A stretch of 64,000 nt of DNA from an uncultured Acidobacteriota bacterium (GCA_963777605.1 CAVZRV010000028.1:64001-128000); one strand, 5' to 3'. Shown: positions 51,732 to 62,435, numbered from the stretch's first letter. A program made the numbers and translations. Notes: generated by a model not told the origin, from the letters alone.

Positions 51732-52631
51732 ATGGGCGGTTTCCATCGGTACCACGTTTTTGGTCTGAATATCGAATCGGCGATCCCGTTTCTGGACATC
51801 CCGGAGACGGAAGGCGCTGCCGACGTGACCATCGACTACGGCACGGTACCTGATGACCTCCCCGGCGCCACGATCAAAGGAGTCCGTTATCAGGCGGGCG
51901 GGGGGGAATTTCTTCTTCGGGTGGACAACGTGGCCCGATACTACGTGGCAAACGGCGCCACGATCATCGTTGAACCGCATCCAGGAGGAGCGGACCACGA
52001 GATTCTTCTCTTCTTGATGGGCTCGGCCATGGGGGCCCTCCTGCACCAGCGCAAGGTCCTGCCTCTGCACGGCAGTGCCGTCAGTCAAGACGGCAGCGGC
52101 ATTATCTTCCTCGGCCCGTCGGCCATCGGCAAGTCGACCCTGGCGGCGGGATTTCAGAAACAAGGTTACGCGCTGCTGGCAGATGACGTCTGCGCCGTAA
52201 CCGCCCAAAACGGGGACACTCCACGCATCATTCCGGGTTTTCCTCGCCTCAAACTGTGGAGGGATGCCCTGGAAAAGCTTGAAGAGAACAAGAGGGGATT
52301 GAATCGGGTTCGCCTCGACGAGACCTTCGAGAAGTACTTCCTGCCTTTTCAGCAACCTCAAAGCGATCCGGTTCCGGTCGGTGCCGTATTTTTACTCAAG
52401 ACGACCAACACCGATACGCTCGCACTTTCCGAACTGAAAGGGAATGAGAAGATCGATCCCCTGATTACCAACACCTACCGGGCCCGGTTCCTCAAGGGTA
52501 TGGGCGACAAGAGGGAACACTTCAGACTCTGTGCGGCCGTTGCCGGAAAAGCTTCGGTCTTCCAGGTCACCAGACCCCTCAAAGGGTTTCGGCTGGAAGA
52601 ATTGATGGCTCTCGTGGAGGAGCATTTTTGA
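51732..52631 (+). CDS. HPr-kinase-like lasso peptide kinase
   Basis: YHVFGLNIES, LPLHGSAV, Walker A GPSAIGKST, LLADD and PGFPRLKLW. Confidence 0.85.
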   Translation: MGGFHRYHVFGLNIESAIPFLDIPETEGAADVTIDYGTVPDDLPGATIKGVRYQAGGGEFLLRVDNVARYYVANGATIIVEPHPGGADHEILLFLMGSAMGALLHQRKVLPLHGSAVSQDGSGIIFLGPSAIGKSTLAAGFQKQGYALLADDVCAVTAQNGDTPRIIPGFPRLKLWRDALEKLEENKRGLNRVRLDETFEKYFLPFQQPQSDPVPVGAVFLLKTTNTDTLALSELKGNEKIDPLITNTYRARFLKGMGDKREHFRLCAAVAGKASVFQVTRPLKGFRLEELMALVEEHF

Positions 52632-53494
52632 CCGTGGGCGGCATTGTCTGGCTGGCATCCTACCCCAAATCCGGAAACACCTGGTTCCGTGTCTTCCTGT
52701 CCAATCTGATGGGTGAACTCGAGGAAGCCGCCAACATCAACGACTTGAAAAGCACCCCCATCGCCAGCGCAGGGGCATTTTCGACGAAGCGGTCGGCTTC
52801 GAATCCTCGGACCTGACCGCGGACGAAATCGACCGGCTCCGGCCTGAAATCTACAATCATATTGCTGCCGAGGCGGACGAGACTCGGTTCATGAAGGTGC
52901 ATGATGCGTACACCGAGATAGCGGCAGGCAGCCCCTGTTTCCGGCCGAGGCCACCCGGGGCGCTATCTATTTCTTGCGCAATCCCCTGGATGTGGCGGTC
53001 TCCTTTGCCCACCATTCAGGACACGATTACGACAAGGCGATCGCCCAGATGGCGGATCAAGAGAACTGCTTTTGCGGCAAAGTCTCGATCGACTGCACAA
53101 CCAGCTCCGGCAGAAGCTCCTCTCCTGGAGTTCCCACGTGATCAGCTGGATGGAAGCTCCCGGCATCGAAGTGTGCCTGGTGAGGTACGAAGACATGAAA
53201 CAGAAACCTCTCGAGACCTTTGAACGAGCGGCGCGTTTTGCCGGGCTTGTCTACGAACAGGCCCAGATTCAAAGAGCCATCGAGCTGAGTGCTTTCGACG
53301 CATTGAAGCGCCAGGAGGAGAAGAACGGTTTCGATGAAAAGAGTCCAAATTCAAAATTCTTTTTCCGAAGAGGGGAAGTCGGCTCCTGGCGGGAGGAGCT
53401 GAATAGCCGGCAGATTGAGAGGATCATCAGCGATCATGGCGAAGCGATGCGCAGATTCGGTTATCTGGATGAGAACGGCAAGGTGCGCCTTTGA
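52628..53494 (+). CDS. PAPS-dependent sulfotransferase; several frameshifts
   Basis: 5'-PSB motif WLASYPKSGNTW, KVHDAY, YFLRNPLDVAVS (alternate frame), VRYEDMK and FFRRGEVGSW. Start overlaps the kinase stop. Confidence 0.82.
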
Positions 53495-53937
53495 CTCGAT
53501 ATCCATCCCTGATCATCCGGTTCTTCAGGAAGCCCCTCGCCGAGCAACTGATCTTCAGTGAAGCGGTTTTCTGGCTTGCCCTCACCCGGATGGCAACGCT
53601 GATCCTACCGTTCAAATGGGTTGCCCGCTTTCTGGGAACCCACATGGCGGAATCGGATCGACTTCATCCCGCCGACCGGACGAGAAAAGCCCGGCGCGTT
53701 GCGTCGTGCATCCGCGCTATGAGCCGCCACCTGCCATGGGACTGTAAATGCCTGGTCCAAGCTATTTCCGGGAAGATGATGCTGGACCGCAGAAACATCT
53801 CCAATACCCTTTACCTCGGGGTCTCCAAAGGCCAGGAGGACGGGCTGATCGCCCATGCCTGGCTGCGTTCCGGTGAAACGATCATCCTCGGAGGTGGCGG
53901 ACTGGACCGGTTCACTGTGGTGGCAACCTTTACCTGA
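53491..53937 (+). CDS. Lasso peptide B2 leader protease (transglutaminase-like)
   Basis: LPWDCKCLVQA...LYLGV...AHAWL (catalytic Cys/His). Start overlaps the sulfotransferase stop. Confidence 0.9.
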   Translation: MTRYPSLIIRFFRKPLAEQLIFSEAVFWLALTRMATLILPFKWVARFLGTHMAESDRLHPADRTRKARRVASCIRAMSRHLPWDCKCLVQAISGKMMLDRRNISNTLYLGVSKGQEDGLIAHAWLRSGETIILGGGGLDRFTVVATFT

Positions 53938-53968
53938 GGAAACCTGAAGAGGCCGCTCATCGGGGTCG

Positions 53969-54706
53969 ATGAAAACAACCGGGATAAGTGATCGAAAGGC
54001 AAGGATGAATAAGAACAACTTGAGGCACACCTGCATAATCTGCGGAAAGATCTTCCCGGACCGACAACTGGTCTCCGGTTCGGCCGTTCGAGATGTTCTC
54101 TCCACTGAGATTGCCCGCGATCATCCTTCCTGGTCGTCCGAAAGCCACATTTGCCGGCCGGATCTGGCGGAATACCGAACGCAGTATGTCCGTCACCTGC
54201 TCGAGTCCGAAAAAGGTGACATTACGGCGCTGGAGCAGGAGGTCCTCAACAGCATGCAGGCCCATGAACTGCTCGCCCGGAACGTCGATGCCGAGTTCGA
54301 GCAGGTGTGGACCTTCGGCGAGCGACTGGCCGACCGGATCGCGTCATTTGGCGGAAGCTGGGCTTTCATGATCTGTTTTGCCGCCTTCCTGGGATTGTGG
54401 ATCGGAATGAATTCCCTGGTGCTTCTGTGGCGTCCCCTGGATCCCTATCCGTTCATCTTCCTCAATCTGATTCTATCCTGCCTGGCCGCCGTCCAGGCAC
54501 CGATCATCATGATGAGCCAGAACCGCCAGGAGGCAAAGGATCGCGTTCGTTCTCAGCACGATTACCAGGTGAACCTCAAGGCGGAACTTGAGATCCGCCA
54601 ACTCCATGAAAAGATCGACCACCTGCTCTCCCACCAGTGGGACCGTCTGGCTCAGATCCAGGAGATCCAGCTCGACCTCCTTAACGAACTGGGCAAGAAA
54701 CGATAA
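53969..54706 (+). CDS. DUF1003 membrane protein
   Basis: TFGERLADRIASFGGSW, DPYPFIFLNLILS and QAPIIMMSQNRQ. Confidence 0.92.
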   Translation: MKTTGISDRKARMNKNNLRHTCIICGKIFPDRQLVSGSAVRDVLSTEIARDHPSWSSESHICRPDLAEYRTQYVRHLLESEKGDITALEQEVLNSMQAHELLARNVDAEFEQVWTFGERLADRIASFGGSWAFMICFAAFLGLWIGMNSLVLLWRPLDPYPFIFLNLILSCLAAVQAPIIMMSQNRQEAKDRVRSQHDYQVNLKAELEIRQLHEKIDHLLSHQWDRLAQIQEIQLDLLNELGKKR

Positions 54707-55229
54707 CCGGCGACCAGGAGATTCGCGGTGCCAGGATCGAAGGCCAGCGCAGTCGGCGCCGAGGAGAGGGGCCCGGGTCGGGACCGGGCGGCTAGTTCAT
54801 GGAAGCCCGCTCCCTCCGCGCGCGGAGACCATTCAGAGCGTGAAACTGGGGCGGGCGCACCGGACCTGGCACGCGGCCGGTGTTCAGAACGAGAGTAAAG
54901 CGAGCGCTACGCCTGACTCCCATCCATTACCAGTCCTGGATCTTGACTCCATCCCACGGTTGCGGCCTCCGGCAGCACTTCCGCTGACTCACCATCGTCC
55001 GGAGCCGCGGTCGCTCACACTCGCGTTCTGAAATCGGGGCATCCAGGATCCAGCCGAGAGCCAGGCTTCTAAGTTCCACCGATCGCCCGAATCTCCGTCC
55101 AGACGCATCCAACGGGACGAAACATGGCCGCTGCAGAAGAAACTGACCCGCATTTACTGGTGGGGCCCGGATCCGGCGAATCTCAAAGCCGGCATTCGAT
55201 AACGGTCACACCGTTTCATCCACGTTCTC

Positions 55230-55262
55230 ACTGCGGGAGGCTCGCAAGAAGCCTCCCGCAGT
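55230..55262 (-). terminator. Hairpin downstream of the tricorn gene
   Basis: ACTGCGGGAGGCT-CGCAAGA-AGCCTCCCGCAGT: perfect 13-bp stem, 12 bp after the stop. Confidence 0.6.
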
Positions 55263-55274
55263 CGGGGAACCCGG

Positions 55275-58200
55275 TTACGGTTTCTGGTAGTTCGGATACG
55301 GTGGACGGGTGAACGTCGGCGGATTGTAGTCCTTGAGCAATTTCAGGACTTCCTCCACGGCTCTTTCCAGCTGAGGGTCGTGCCCTTCCCGCACCAACTT
55401 CGGATCCATTTCGACTTCGATGTCCGGTGGCACTCCGTGGTTTTCCACGTCCCATATCCCGTCCGGAGAGTAAAAGGCGAGGTTCGGAGTACCCACATGG
55501 CCGCCGTCCAGGAGGTCCCCAGGGTTTGTGTAGTGTCCCACCAGCCCACCCCAGGTCCGCTTTCCGACCAGAGGTCCGATACCGGCCCGACGAAACATCC
55601 AGGGCATTGCATCGCCACCCGATCCTGCCAGTTCATTGATGATCATGACTTTCGGTCCGAAGATCGCCTCGATCGGAGTGGTGATGTCCTTCCCTTCCCG
55701 CATCGTGAAGTAGTTCAGGAGCGGCCGGCGCAGGAGATCGATCACGTAATCCGCGATGTCACCACCTCCGTTGAAGCGCTCGTCGATGATCGCGGCATCC
55801 TTTCCAACCTGCGCGAAGTAGTACCGGTTGAAGTTGGCGTAGCCCCCCTCATAGGTGTCTGGGAGGTAAACATACGCCACTCGGCCACCCGTCAATTCGT
55901 CCACCTTGCGCCGGTTGCCTTCGATCCAGGCGAGATTGCGCAGCCCCGATTCGCTCGCCACCGGCACCACCGTAGCCGTCCGGGAGTCTTGATCGTTCGG
56001 GTTTGGCCCAACTTTCAGGACCACTTGGACACCGGCCGTCTCCTCGAAAAACCGGTACAGGTTGTCCCCCGCATTGAGTTCCCGTCCGTTGACGGCCAGA
56101 AGATACTCACCCTCCTGAACGTTGACACCAGGTTGAGTGAGTGGGGCAACCAGCTTCGGGTTCCAGTTCTCACCGTTGAAGATCCGAGAGAAACGGTATC
56201 GCCCGTTTTCGACATCGTAATCCGCTCCCAGAAGTCCGCCCTTTACCTTCTTGACCTCAGGGAAGTCTCCACCCCCCACGAACATGTGCCCGACAGTCAA
56301 CTCCCCGAGCATTTCCTCGAATAGGTAATTGAGGTCATCGCGGCTTGAGATGCCGTCAAGGAAGGGTTCGTACCGGGCCTTCATGACGTCAATGTCCAGA
56401 CCGTGCAGGCCGGGATCGTAGAAGAAGTCCCGTTCGTCCCGCCAAACCTGCTCGAACATGTGTTGCCATTCGGCCGTCGGGTCAACGTAGACCTGCATCG
56501 CGTCGAGCTGCAGAGTACCGCCTTCCCCAGGCTTCGGGGCTCCCCCCGACAGCTTGCCGGCCGGGGCGATCGTCCACTGTTCCTTCTTCCGGAAGAGCAT
56601 CTTCTCTCCGCCGTCGGCGAGTTCGAAACTCTGGACGTCATCCAGGATCTGCTCCACCTTGCGCGTCTTCAGGTCAAACTGCTGAACCTCCAGCGAAAGC
56701 GAGCCGGGGTCAACCTCAGGACCGATGACAAGGGGACCTGCGGCAAGAAACAACACGCCCGACCTGCCGGCCGCCAGCGAAAGGTAGTTGCGGGCCGGAA
56801 TCGGCAGAGTCAGGATGCGTTGGCTGAGCCCGTCGAAGTCGATGGTGACCGGCCCAGGCTTCTCCACCTTGTCCTTTTCCCCCGTTTCAGTCGAGTCATT
56901 GCTCTCGGTCTTCTCCTCGTCGCTTTCCGGAGCGAGGGGAGACGGGAGGTCCTTTCTCAATACGACGATATAAACGCTTCTGGTCACCGGGTGGTTGAGG
57001 CTGGACATGTCGAGCCAACCCGGAGTGAGGCCCATGTCGGTGCTGGCAGTAAAGAAGAGGTGCTTCCCGTCAAGGTCAAAGCGGGGGAACAGCGCATCAC
57101 TCATCCCATCCGTCACCTGCCGGCTCAACTTCTCCTCCAGGGAATAGACAAACACCGCATGGAGGTGACTGACCAGCTGACGCGTGTATGCGATCCACCG
57201 ACTGTCCGGAGCCCAGGAAATCACCAGAGTCGGGTTCGGATCGATGTAGGTATCCCGGTCGATCCGCACCGGTTCAGGGTTCTCCAGGTCGACGTACCAG
57301 ATGTCGAGCCGCTTGTCCGAGTAGGCAATTTTTCGGGAATCCGGAGACCAGACCGGGTGGTAGAAGAATGTCGGTGGTTCTCCCAGGGGGATCCGCGTGA
57401 CCGGCCCGAGGCCTCCCTGATCCCTGATGTTCAGCTCATACTCTCCGGATTCGTCCGAGAAGTAGGCGATCGACTTGCCGTCCGGAGACCAGGCAGGAAA
57501 GATCTCCGACACCGCCACGGTGTTGGTGAGATTCCGAATATCCCCCTTTTCAGCCGGAACGGTCAGTATCTCCCCCCGGACTCCGAAAAGAGCTCGGGCT
57601 CCATTCGGAGAGATACCCGCCGACTGGATCTGCGCAGGCTTGATCTTCTCGAAGTGGGGACGGACCTGCGGAAGATCGCCGGCGACCCGGACATCCAGGT
57701 CCCGACCCGCGCCCTCGGCAACGTTATACACGTGCAATGAGCCAAACTGTTCATAGATGATGCGGCTTCCGTCTGCCGAGGCCGCCTTCAGATCCAATCC
57801 GTTGTTCTCGACTACCTGGCGAACCGTTTTCGAACCAGTGTCGTAGGCGAACAGTGAGACGGGACCATTTCGGTCGGACAGGAAGTAGACCGTCCGACCG
57901 ATCCAGATCGGGTTGAAGTCGTTGGAATTCTCGCGTGGAATTTCCGCTTCGACTCGGGAATCTGTCAAGTCCACAATCCAGATCTTCTTCGTCTGACCGC
58001 CCCGGTACCGCTTCCAAGCCTTCTGCCACTGGATCGTGGGAACGTATGCCATGCGTTTGCCGTCCGGAGAGAAGCATCCGTCTTCTCCCATTGGCAGGGG
58101 CAGGACTTCGGCGTCGCCTCCATCCACCGGGATCGTGAAAAGGCGAGGAAAGTAGGAGTGACTCTGACGGGGAGAATTGAAAAGTACGCGACTCCCGTCC

Positions 58201-58544
58201 GGAGTCCAGCCAACGGTTTCGTCCGGCCCCGGGTGGTAGGTCAACCGTTTCGGAATCCCGCCCGACACCGCGATTACATAAACGTCCTGGTTGCCGTCGT
58301 ATTCCGCCGTGAACGCAACCCACTTTCCGTCGGGAGAAAAGAACGGCCTGCTCTCATTCCCGACACCGGTTGTCAATCGATGGGGCGTTCCTCCCGCCAG
58401 GGAGGCTACCCAAAGGTCTCCGCCGTAGGCAAACGCGACCTGATCTCCGTGTAACGCAGGGTTGCGGAGCAACTGGGGACCGTCAGTCCCCGCCAAAACC
58501 AAACTCAGACCGGCAAACCAAAACAACAATCCTCTGACGATCAC
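55275..58544 (-). CDS. Tricorn protease homolog (peptidase S41 with beta-propellers and PDZ)
   Basis: Signal peptide, PD40 repeats (SPDGKWVAF), IIDERFNGGG, catalytic AGSGGD, GKRTWGG and ENHGVPPD. Confidence 0.93.
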   Translation of the reverse strand: MIVRGLLFWFAGLSLVLAGTDGPQLLRNPALHGDQVAFAYGGDLWVASLAGGTPHRLTTGVGNESRPFFSPDGKWVAFTAEYDGNQDVYVIAVSGGIPKRLTYHPGPDETVGWTPDGSRVLFNSPRQSHSYFPRLFTIPVDGGDAEVLPLPMGEDGCFSPDGKRMAYVPTIQWQKAWKRYRGGQTKKIWIVDLTDSRVEAEIPRENSNDFNPIWIGRTVYFLSDRNGPVSLFAYDTGSKTVRQVVENNGLDLKAASADGSRIIYEQFGSLHVYNVAEGAGRDLDVRVAGDLPQVRPHFEKIKPAQIQSAGISPNGARALFGVRGEILTVPAEKGDIRNLTNTVAVSEIFPAWSPDGKSIAYFSDESGEYELNIRDQGGLGPVTRIPLGEPPTFFYHPVWSPDSRKIAYSDKRLDIWYVDLENPEPVRIDRDTYIDPNPTLVISWAPDSRWIAYTRQLVSHLHAVFVYSLEEKLSRQVTDGMSDALFPRFDLDGKHLFFTASTDMGLTPGWLDMSSLNHPVTRSVYIVVLRKDLPSPLAPESDEEKTESNDSTETGEKDKVEKPGPVTIDFDGLSQRILTLPIPARNYLSLAAGRSGVLFLAAGPLVIGPEVDPGSLSLEVQQFDLKTRKVEQILDDVQSFELADGGEKMLFRKKEQWTIAPAGKLSGGAPKPGEGGTLQLDAMQVYVDPTAEWQHMFEQVWRDERDFFYDPGLHGLDIDVMKARYEPFLDGISSRDDLNYLFEEMLGELTVGHMFVGGGDFPEVKKVKGGLLGADYDVENGRYRFSRIFNGENWNPKLVAPLTQPGVNVQEGEYLLAVNGRELNAGDNLYRFFEETAGVQVVLKVGPNPNDQDSRTATVVPVASESGLRNLAWIEGNRRKVDELTGGRVAYVYLPDTYEGGYANFNRYYFAQVGKDAAIIDERFNGGGDIADYVIDLLRRPLLNYFTMREGKDITTPIEAIFGPKVMIINELAGSGGDAMPWMFRRAGIGPLVGKRTWGGLVGHYTNPGDLLDGGHVGTPNLAFYSPDGIWDVENHGVPPDIEVEMDPKLVREGHDPQLERAVEEVLKLLKDYNPPTFTRPPYPNYQKP

Positions 58545-59067
58545 TATCCACCCCGCTTTCAGGAAATCGAAGAGGTATCGCCCCCAGCGACCCGGCATTC
58601 TCCCTGGTTCGACCTGGGCTCGAGCACCTGCTCGCGGCTATTATGTCACCTGGCCGAAAAAACAGAATAGGCCGGCTTCCGGTCGCTCTGGCTTGCCAGA
58701 GTTTCAATCGAACAGCGTCTCAAAGGCCCGGGTTACGAGAGTCTGTTCCTGATTTCCAGACATTCTTTGCTCGTCAACCTGGCCAAGGCATATGGAAACA
58801 GTGACAGGAAACCGGACCGCTGGGTTACCGGGCGTCCCCGAGCTCTCCCTGATGGCCAGTTTCGCCTATTGGCAACTGGTCAAAGAAGCGGTTCTGGCGC
58901 TTCACGCACTGGAACCGATCCAAAATCGGCAATTTCCAGTAAACTTGGCCACGTCCGTTGAAGCGGGGATAAAGAGGCCCGTTGAACATTGGCCACAGCG
59001 GGACTGAGAGTCGGGGAGCAATGAGGGAATTTGATCGCACTTTCCGGCGTGACGATTCGGGGAGATC

Positions 59068-60810
59068 ATGAGTCTGTTCCGGCTTCCGGCCGCTCTTACA
59101 GCTCAGGTCAGGCGATTTCTGTCCGGCGCCGGTTACCGCGGAATCCTCCTCTTCTTTTTGACTCTCACTGCCGGACTCTTCCAGGGGGCAGGTCTGATGC
59201 TGCTGATTCCCCTCCTGCACATCATCGGCATCGGCGATAAGGAAGGGGCCGCCGACAGTATCACTCGTTGGATCAGTCGAGGCTTTGACCTCCTCGGCCT
59301 CCCCCTCAATCTGCCCATGGTCCTGGCAGCGTTCGTCGTGCTGGCGTCGATCCAGGCCCTTCTCCTGTTCGGGCAATCCGTGCTGGGAACGTCTCTGGTT
59401 CAGGACTACATTCGCTCGCTCCGCAACGATCTCTTTCGGGGGATGGCGATGGCTCCCCCATCCCACCTCTCGAAGCGGAGGGCTTCCGACCTCCTCCACC
59501 TGACGGCACATGACATCAATCAAGTCGGCGCCGGAACCCAGCAGGCTTTTAACCTGGTGCGTGACCTGCTCATTTCGCTGGTCTTCGTCGGGCTGAGTTT
59601 CACGATTTCGGTCCCGCTAAGCCTGCTGGCTCTGCTGAGTGGACTTATTCTTGTGGTCCTTCTGCGGCCGCTCAATCGAACCTCACAACAGACCGGGCAG
59701 AGATTGCGGAACAGAATGGAGGCACTCACGGCTGACGTCTCGGACCTGTTGTCGGGTTTGAAGCTCGTCAAAGCATTCGGACGGGAGTGCACGGCAATCG
59801 AGCGATTCAGAGAGAGAAACGACGAGACCTGGTCGGAGCAGATCGGTTTCGTCAAAGCCAGGTCGGGGACCCAGGTTTTTTCGCAGATCGGCAGCGCTAT
59901 CACGATGGCGCTCTTCGTGTTCGTCGCGTCTAAAGGGCTCATGATCCCGGCCTCGGAGTACCTGGTCATGATTCTGCTCTTCTCCCGCCTCCTCCCTCGG
60001 GTTTCCGCCCTGCAGCAGTCATGGCAGTTCATTTGCCACAGTCAATCTTCACTGGATGCGATCCAGAATGCTCTGACGGAACTATCGGCCCACCAGGAGG
60101 CACCGCTGAAGTTTTCCGAGCCACCCCTCCAACTGCGGAAGAAGATCACCTTTTCGGAGGTCACCTTTCGTTATGCTCCGGGCCTCGAACCCGCAGTCCG
60201 GAGCCTGAAGTTCGAAATCCCGGCCGGGCAGATCACCGCTGTTCTGGGTCCTTCCGGATCGGGGAAGACGACGATGGCGGACCTCATCGCCGGCCTGCTT
60301 TCCCCGGAAACAGGTTCGATTTCGGTGGACGGTAGGCCGCTCGACCGTTTCCTGGTTCCTCGATGGAGACGGTCCATCGGTTACGTCCCCCAGGAGAGCT
60401 ACCTCTTTCACGAGTCCATCCGGTCCAACCTCCTCTGGGCCCGTCCTGAAGCCTCGGAGGATGAACTCTGGGACGCGCTGCGCCTTGCGGGAGCCGAACG
60501 GTTCGTGTCCCGTCTCGATCGAGGGCTCGACACGGTCGTTCGGGACCGGGGGGGCCGACTCTCCGGCGGCGAACGACAGAGGGTCGCCCTGGCGCGTGCC
60601 CTCCTGATTCGGCCGACCCTGCTCTTGCTCGACGAGGCAACCAGCGAAGTGGACCGAAAGAGTCAAGAGCGAATCCTCGACTCGGTGGCCGGTCTCAAGG
60701 GAAAGATGACCGTCGTGATCATCGCCCACCATGCCCCGGTTGAAGGCATCGCCGACCAGGTGCTGGTGATGGAACAGGGGAGCGTCCGCGTTTCCAAGCT
60801 GGTTCACTGA
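59068..60810 (+). CDS. ABC exporter (fused permease/ATPase), candidate lasso peptide exporter
   Basis: ~6 TM segments, GPSGSGKT, LSGGERQR and LLLDEAT. Confidence 0.9.
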   Translation: MSLFRLPAALTAQVRRFLSGAGYRGILLFFLTLTAGLFQGAGLMLLIPLLHIIGIGDKEGAADSITRWISRGFDLLGLPLNLPMVLAAFVVLASIQALLLFGQSVLGTSLVQDYIRSLRNDLFRGMAMAPPSHLSKRRASDLLHLTAHDINQVGAGTQQAFNLVRDLLISLVFVGLSFTISVPLSLLALLSGLILVVLLRPLNRTSQQTGQRLRNRMEALTADVSDLLSGLKLVKAFGRECTAIERFRERNDETWSEQIGFVKARSGTQVFSQIGSAITMALFVFVASKGLMIPASEYLVMILLFSRLLPRVSALQQSWQFICHSQSSLDAIQNALTELSAHQEAPLKFSEPPLQLRKKITFSEVTFRYAPGLEPAVRSLKFEIPAGQITAVLGPSGSGKTTMADLIAGLLSPETGSISVDGRPLDRFLVPRWRRSIGYVPQESYLFHESIRSNLLWARPEASEDELWDALRLAGAERFVSRLDRGLDTVVRDRGGRLSGGERQRVALARALLIRPTLLLLDEATSEVDRKSQERILDSVAGLKGKMTVVIIAHHAPVEGIADQVLVMEQGSVRVSKLVH

Positions 60811-60959
60811 GTTCTGGGCCGGATCAGTTTCGAAGGTTCAGGCGTCATGAGCCGCGTTCGAAAAGGCCTCTCTCTAAACAGGACTGCGGAACCCTGTCGG
60901 ACTTATCCATCAGTCCTCCGTGAGCAAGGACAGAACCGGAAGCTAAACTTTCTGGGAGT

Positions 60960-62435
60960 TTGACGAGTCCAATCACTTCAGAGGTTGAAGCCACCTCGTA
61001 CGAACAACATTGCAACGATCTTCCCGGTTCGACTCGGCGCCTGACGCGTTGCGGACTCGATTTCCTGGAGATCACAGCCCCAATGAACAAGGCGCTTATG
61101 ACTTTGCTGAGGCTACTCAAATGGAATCAGAAACTCCGGAAAAGAAAGGGCCTATTCGGCGTTCGGACCCCTGAAACTGATGCTTCACGGCGGAGAATTC
61201 CCGTCCGATCAGCGATTCGGCTATTGACTTGCCTGCTTCTGGTCTCTTTCTTCATGTCCCTCTCACTTTCTGCGAGCCAGGGAATGGCCGCGACCTCAGA
61301 GGATGCGGACCCGGCCCTTTCTTTCTCCGTTCCCGGGGCCGGCCCTGAAGGAGCCCGCCGCCTTCCCAACCCGACGGGACCATTTCAAATCTCGACAGCC
61401 ACACTCTTCTGGGTTGATGAGAAACGCCCGGATACATTGACGCCCAATCCGAACGATCTCCGCCAGATCCTGGTTCAACTCTGGTATCCCGCCCAACGCA
61501 CAAAGGACGACCGTCCTGTCGCTTACTTCCCGGAGGTGGACGCCCTCATGGATGGGCTGCGCGCCCGGGGAGAAAAGATTTTCCGCGCTATCGCCGACGA
61601 CTTGTCTGTCTACCGCTCGGTCCAAACGGACGTAGTCGCAAATGAGCCTCTCTTGCCGACCGACCAGCCATATCCTCTCGTCATCTTCTCTCCGGGTGGC
61701 AACATGTCACGGCACTGGCATTCTGCGCTGGCGCGTGAACTTGCGAGCCGGGGGTACGTGGTGGCCGTACTCAGCCACGAGCACAGCGGACTTGATTTCT
61801 TCCCTCTGGGCGGCGCCATACCCGATGCCGTTTTCTGGCATCCCGACGATTCCGTGTCCGCTGAAGAGAAAGCGAGCAGGGATGCCCAACTGACCGACCT
61901 CCTCGCCGGTGACGCAGAATTCGTGTTGGACCGGCTCTCCGCGCCGGGGGGGCCGGGAGGAATTCAGGGTTACCAGGGCAACGTAGCCCAGGATAAGATC
62001 GCGATCGTGGGGCACTCGCGCGGCGGCAGCACGGTGGGACGGGTATGTTCAGAGGACGCTCGGATCAAAGCCTGTGTAGTCCTCGACAACATCGGACCCG
62101 AACCCGAAATCAGCGAGGGCCTGCCAATTCCTCAAATGACCATCCGGTCGGGATGGCCCGAAGCCCGGGTAAGAAAGCTTCACGACTTCCTCCGACTCAA
62201 TCAGACTGCGGCCTGGGACATTTCCATCGACGGCGCGTCCCATTTCAGCTTTAGCGACCTTCCCCTCGTCAACGCGGAACGTTACCCCTCCCCAATTGAC
62301 CCGGAGCTGGCCCACGAGATCCTGATGACCTACCTTTTGTCTTTCCTGGATCACTGGCTGAAAGGACGTCCAGACCGTCTGCTGGACCTCAAGGAGAGTC
62401 CGTTTCCCGGTGTTCATCTGGAGCGGCTCCGATGA
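60960..62435 (+). CDS. Secreted alpha/beta hydrolase (PAF-acetylhydrolase/chlorophyllase-like); true start probably downstream
   Basis: LPNPTGPF, VQLWYPA, PLVIFSPG, LASRGYVV, nucleophile GHSRGG and HFSFSD. Confidence 0.85.
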   Translation: MTSPITSEVEATSYEQHCNDLPGSTRRLTRCGLDFLEITAPMNKALMTLLRLLKWNQKLRKRKGLFGVRTPETDASRRRIPVRSAIRLLTCLLLVSFFMSLSLSASQGMAATSEDADPALSFSVPGAGPEGARRLPNPTGPFQISTATLFWVDEKRPDTLTPNPNDLRQILVQLWYPAQRTKDDRPVAYFPEVDALMDGLRARGEKIFRAIADDLSVYRSVQTDVVANEPLLPTDQPYPLVIFSPGGNMSRHWHSALARELASRGYVVAVLSHEHSGLDFFPLGGAIPDAVFWHPDDSVSAEEKASRDAQLTDLLAGDAEFVLDRLSAPGGPGGIQGYQGNVAQDKIAIVGHSRGGSTVGRVCSEDARIKACVVLDNIGPEPEISEGLPIPQMTIRSGWPEARVRKLHDFLRLNQTAAWDISIDGASHFSFSDLPLVNAERYPSPIDPELAHEILMTYLLSFLDHWLKGRPDRLLDLKESPFPGVHLERLR

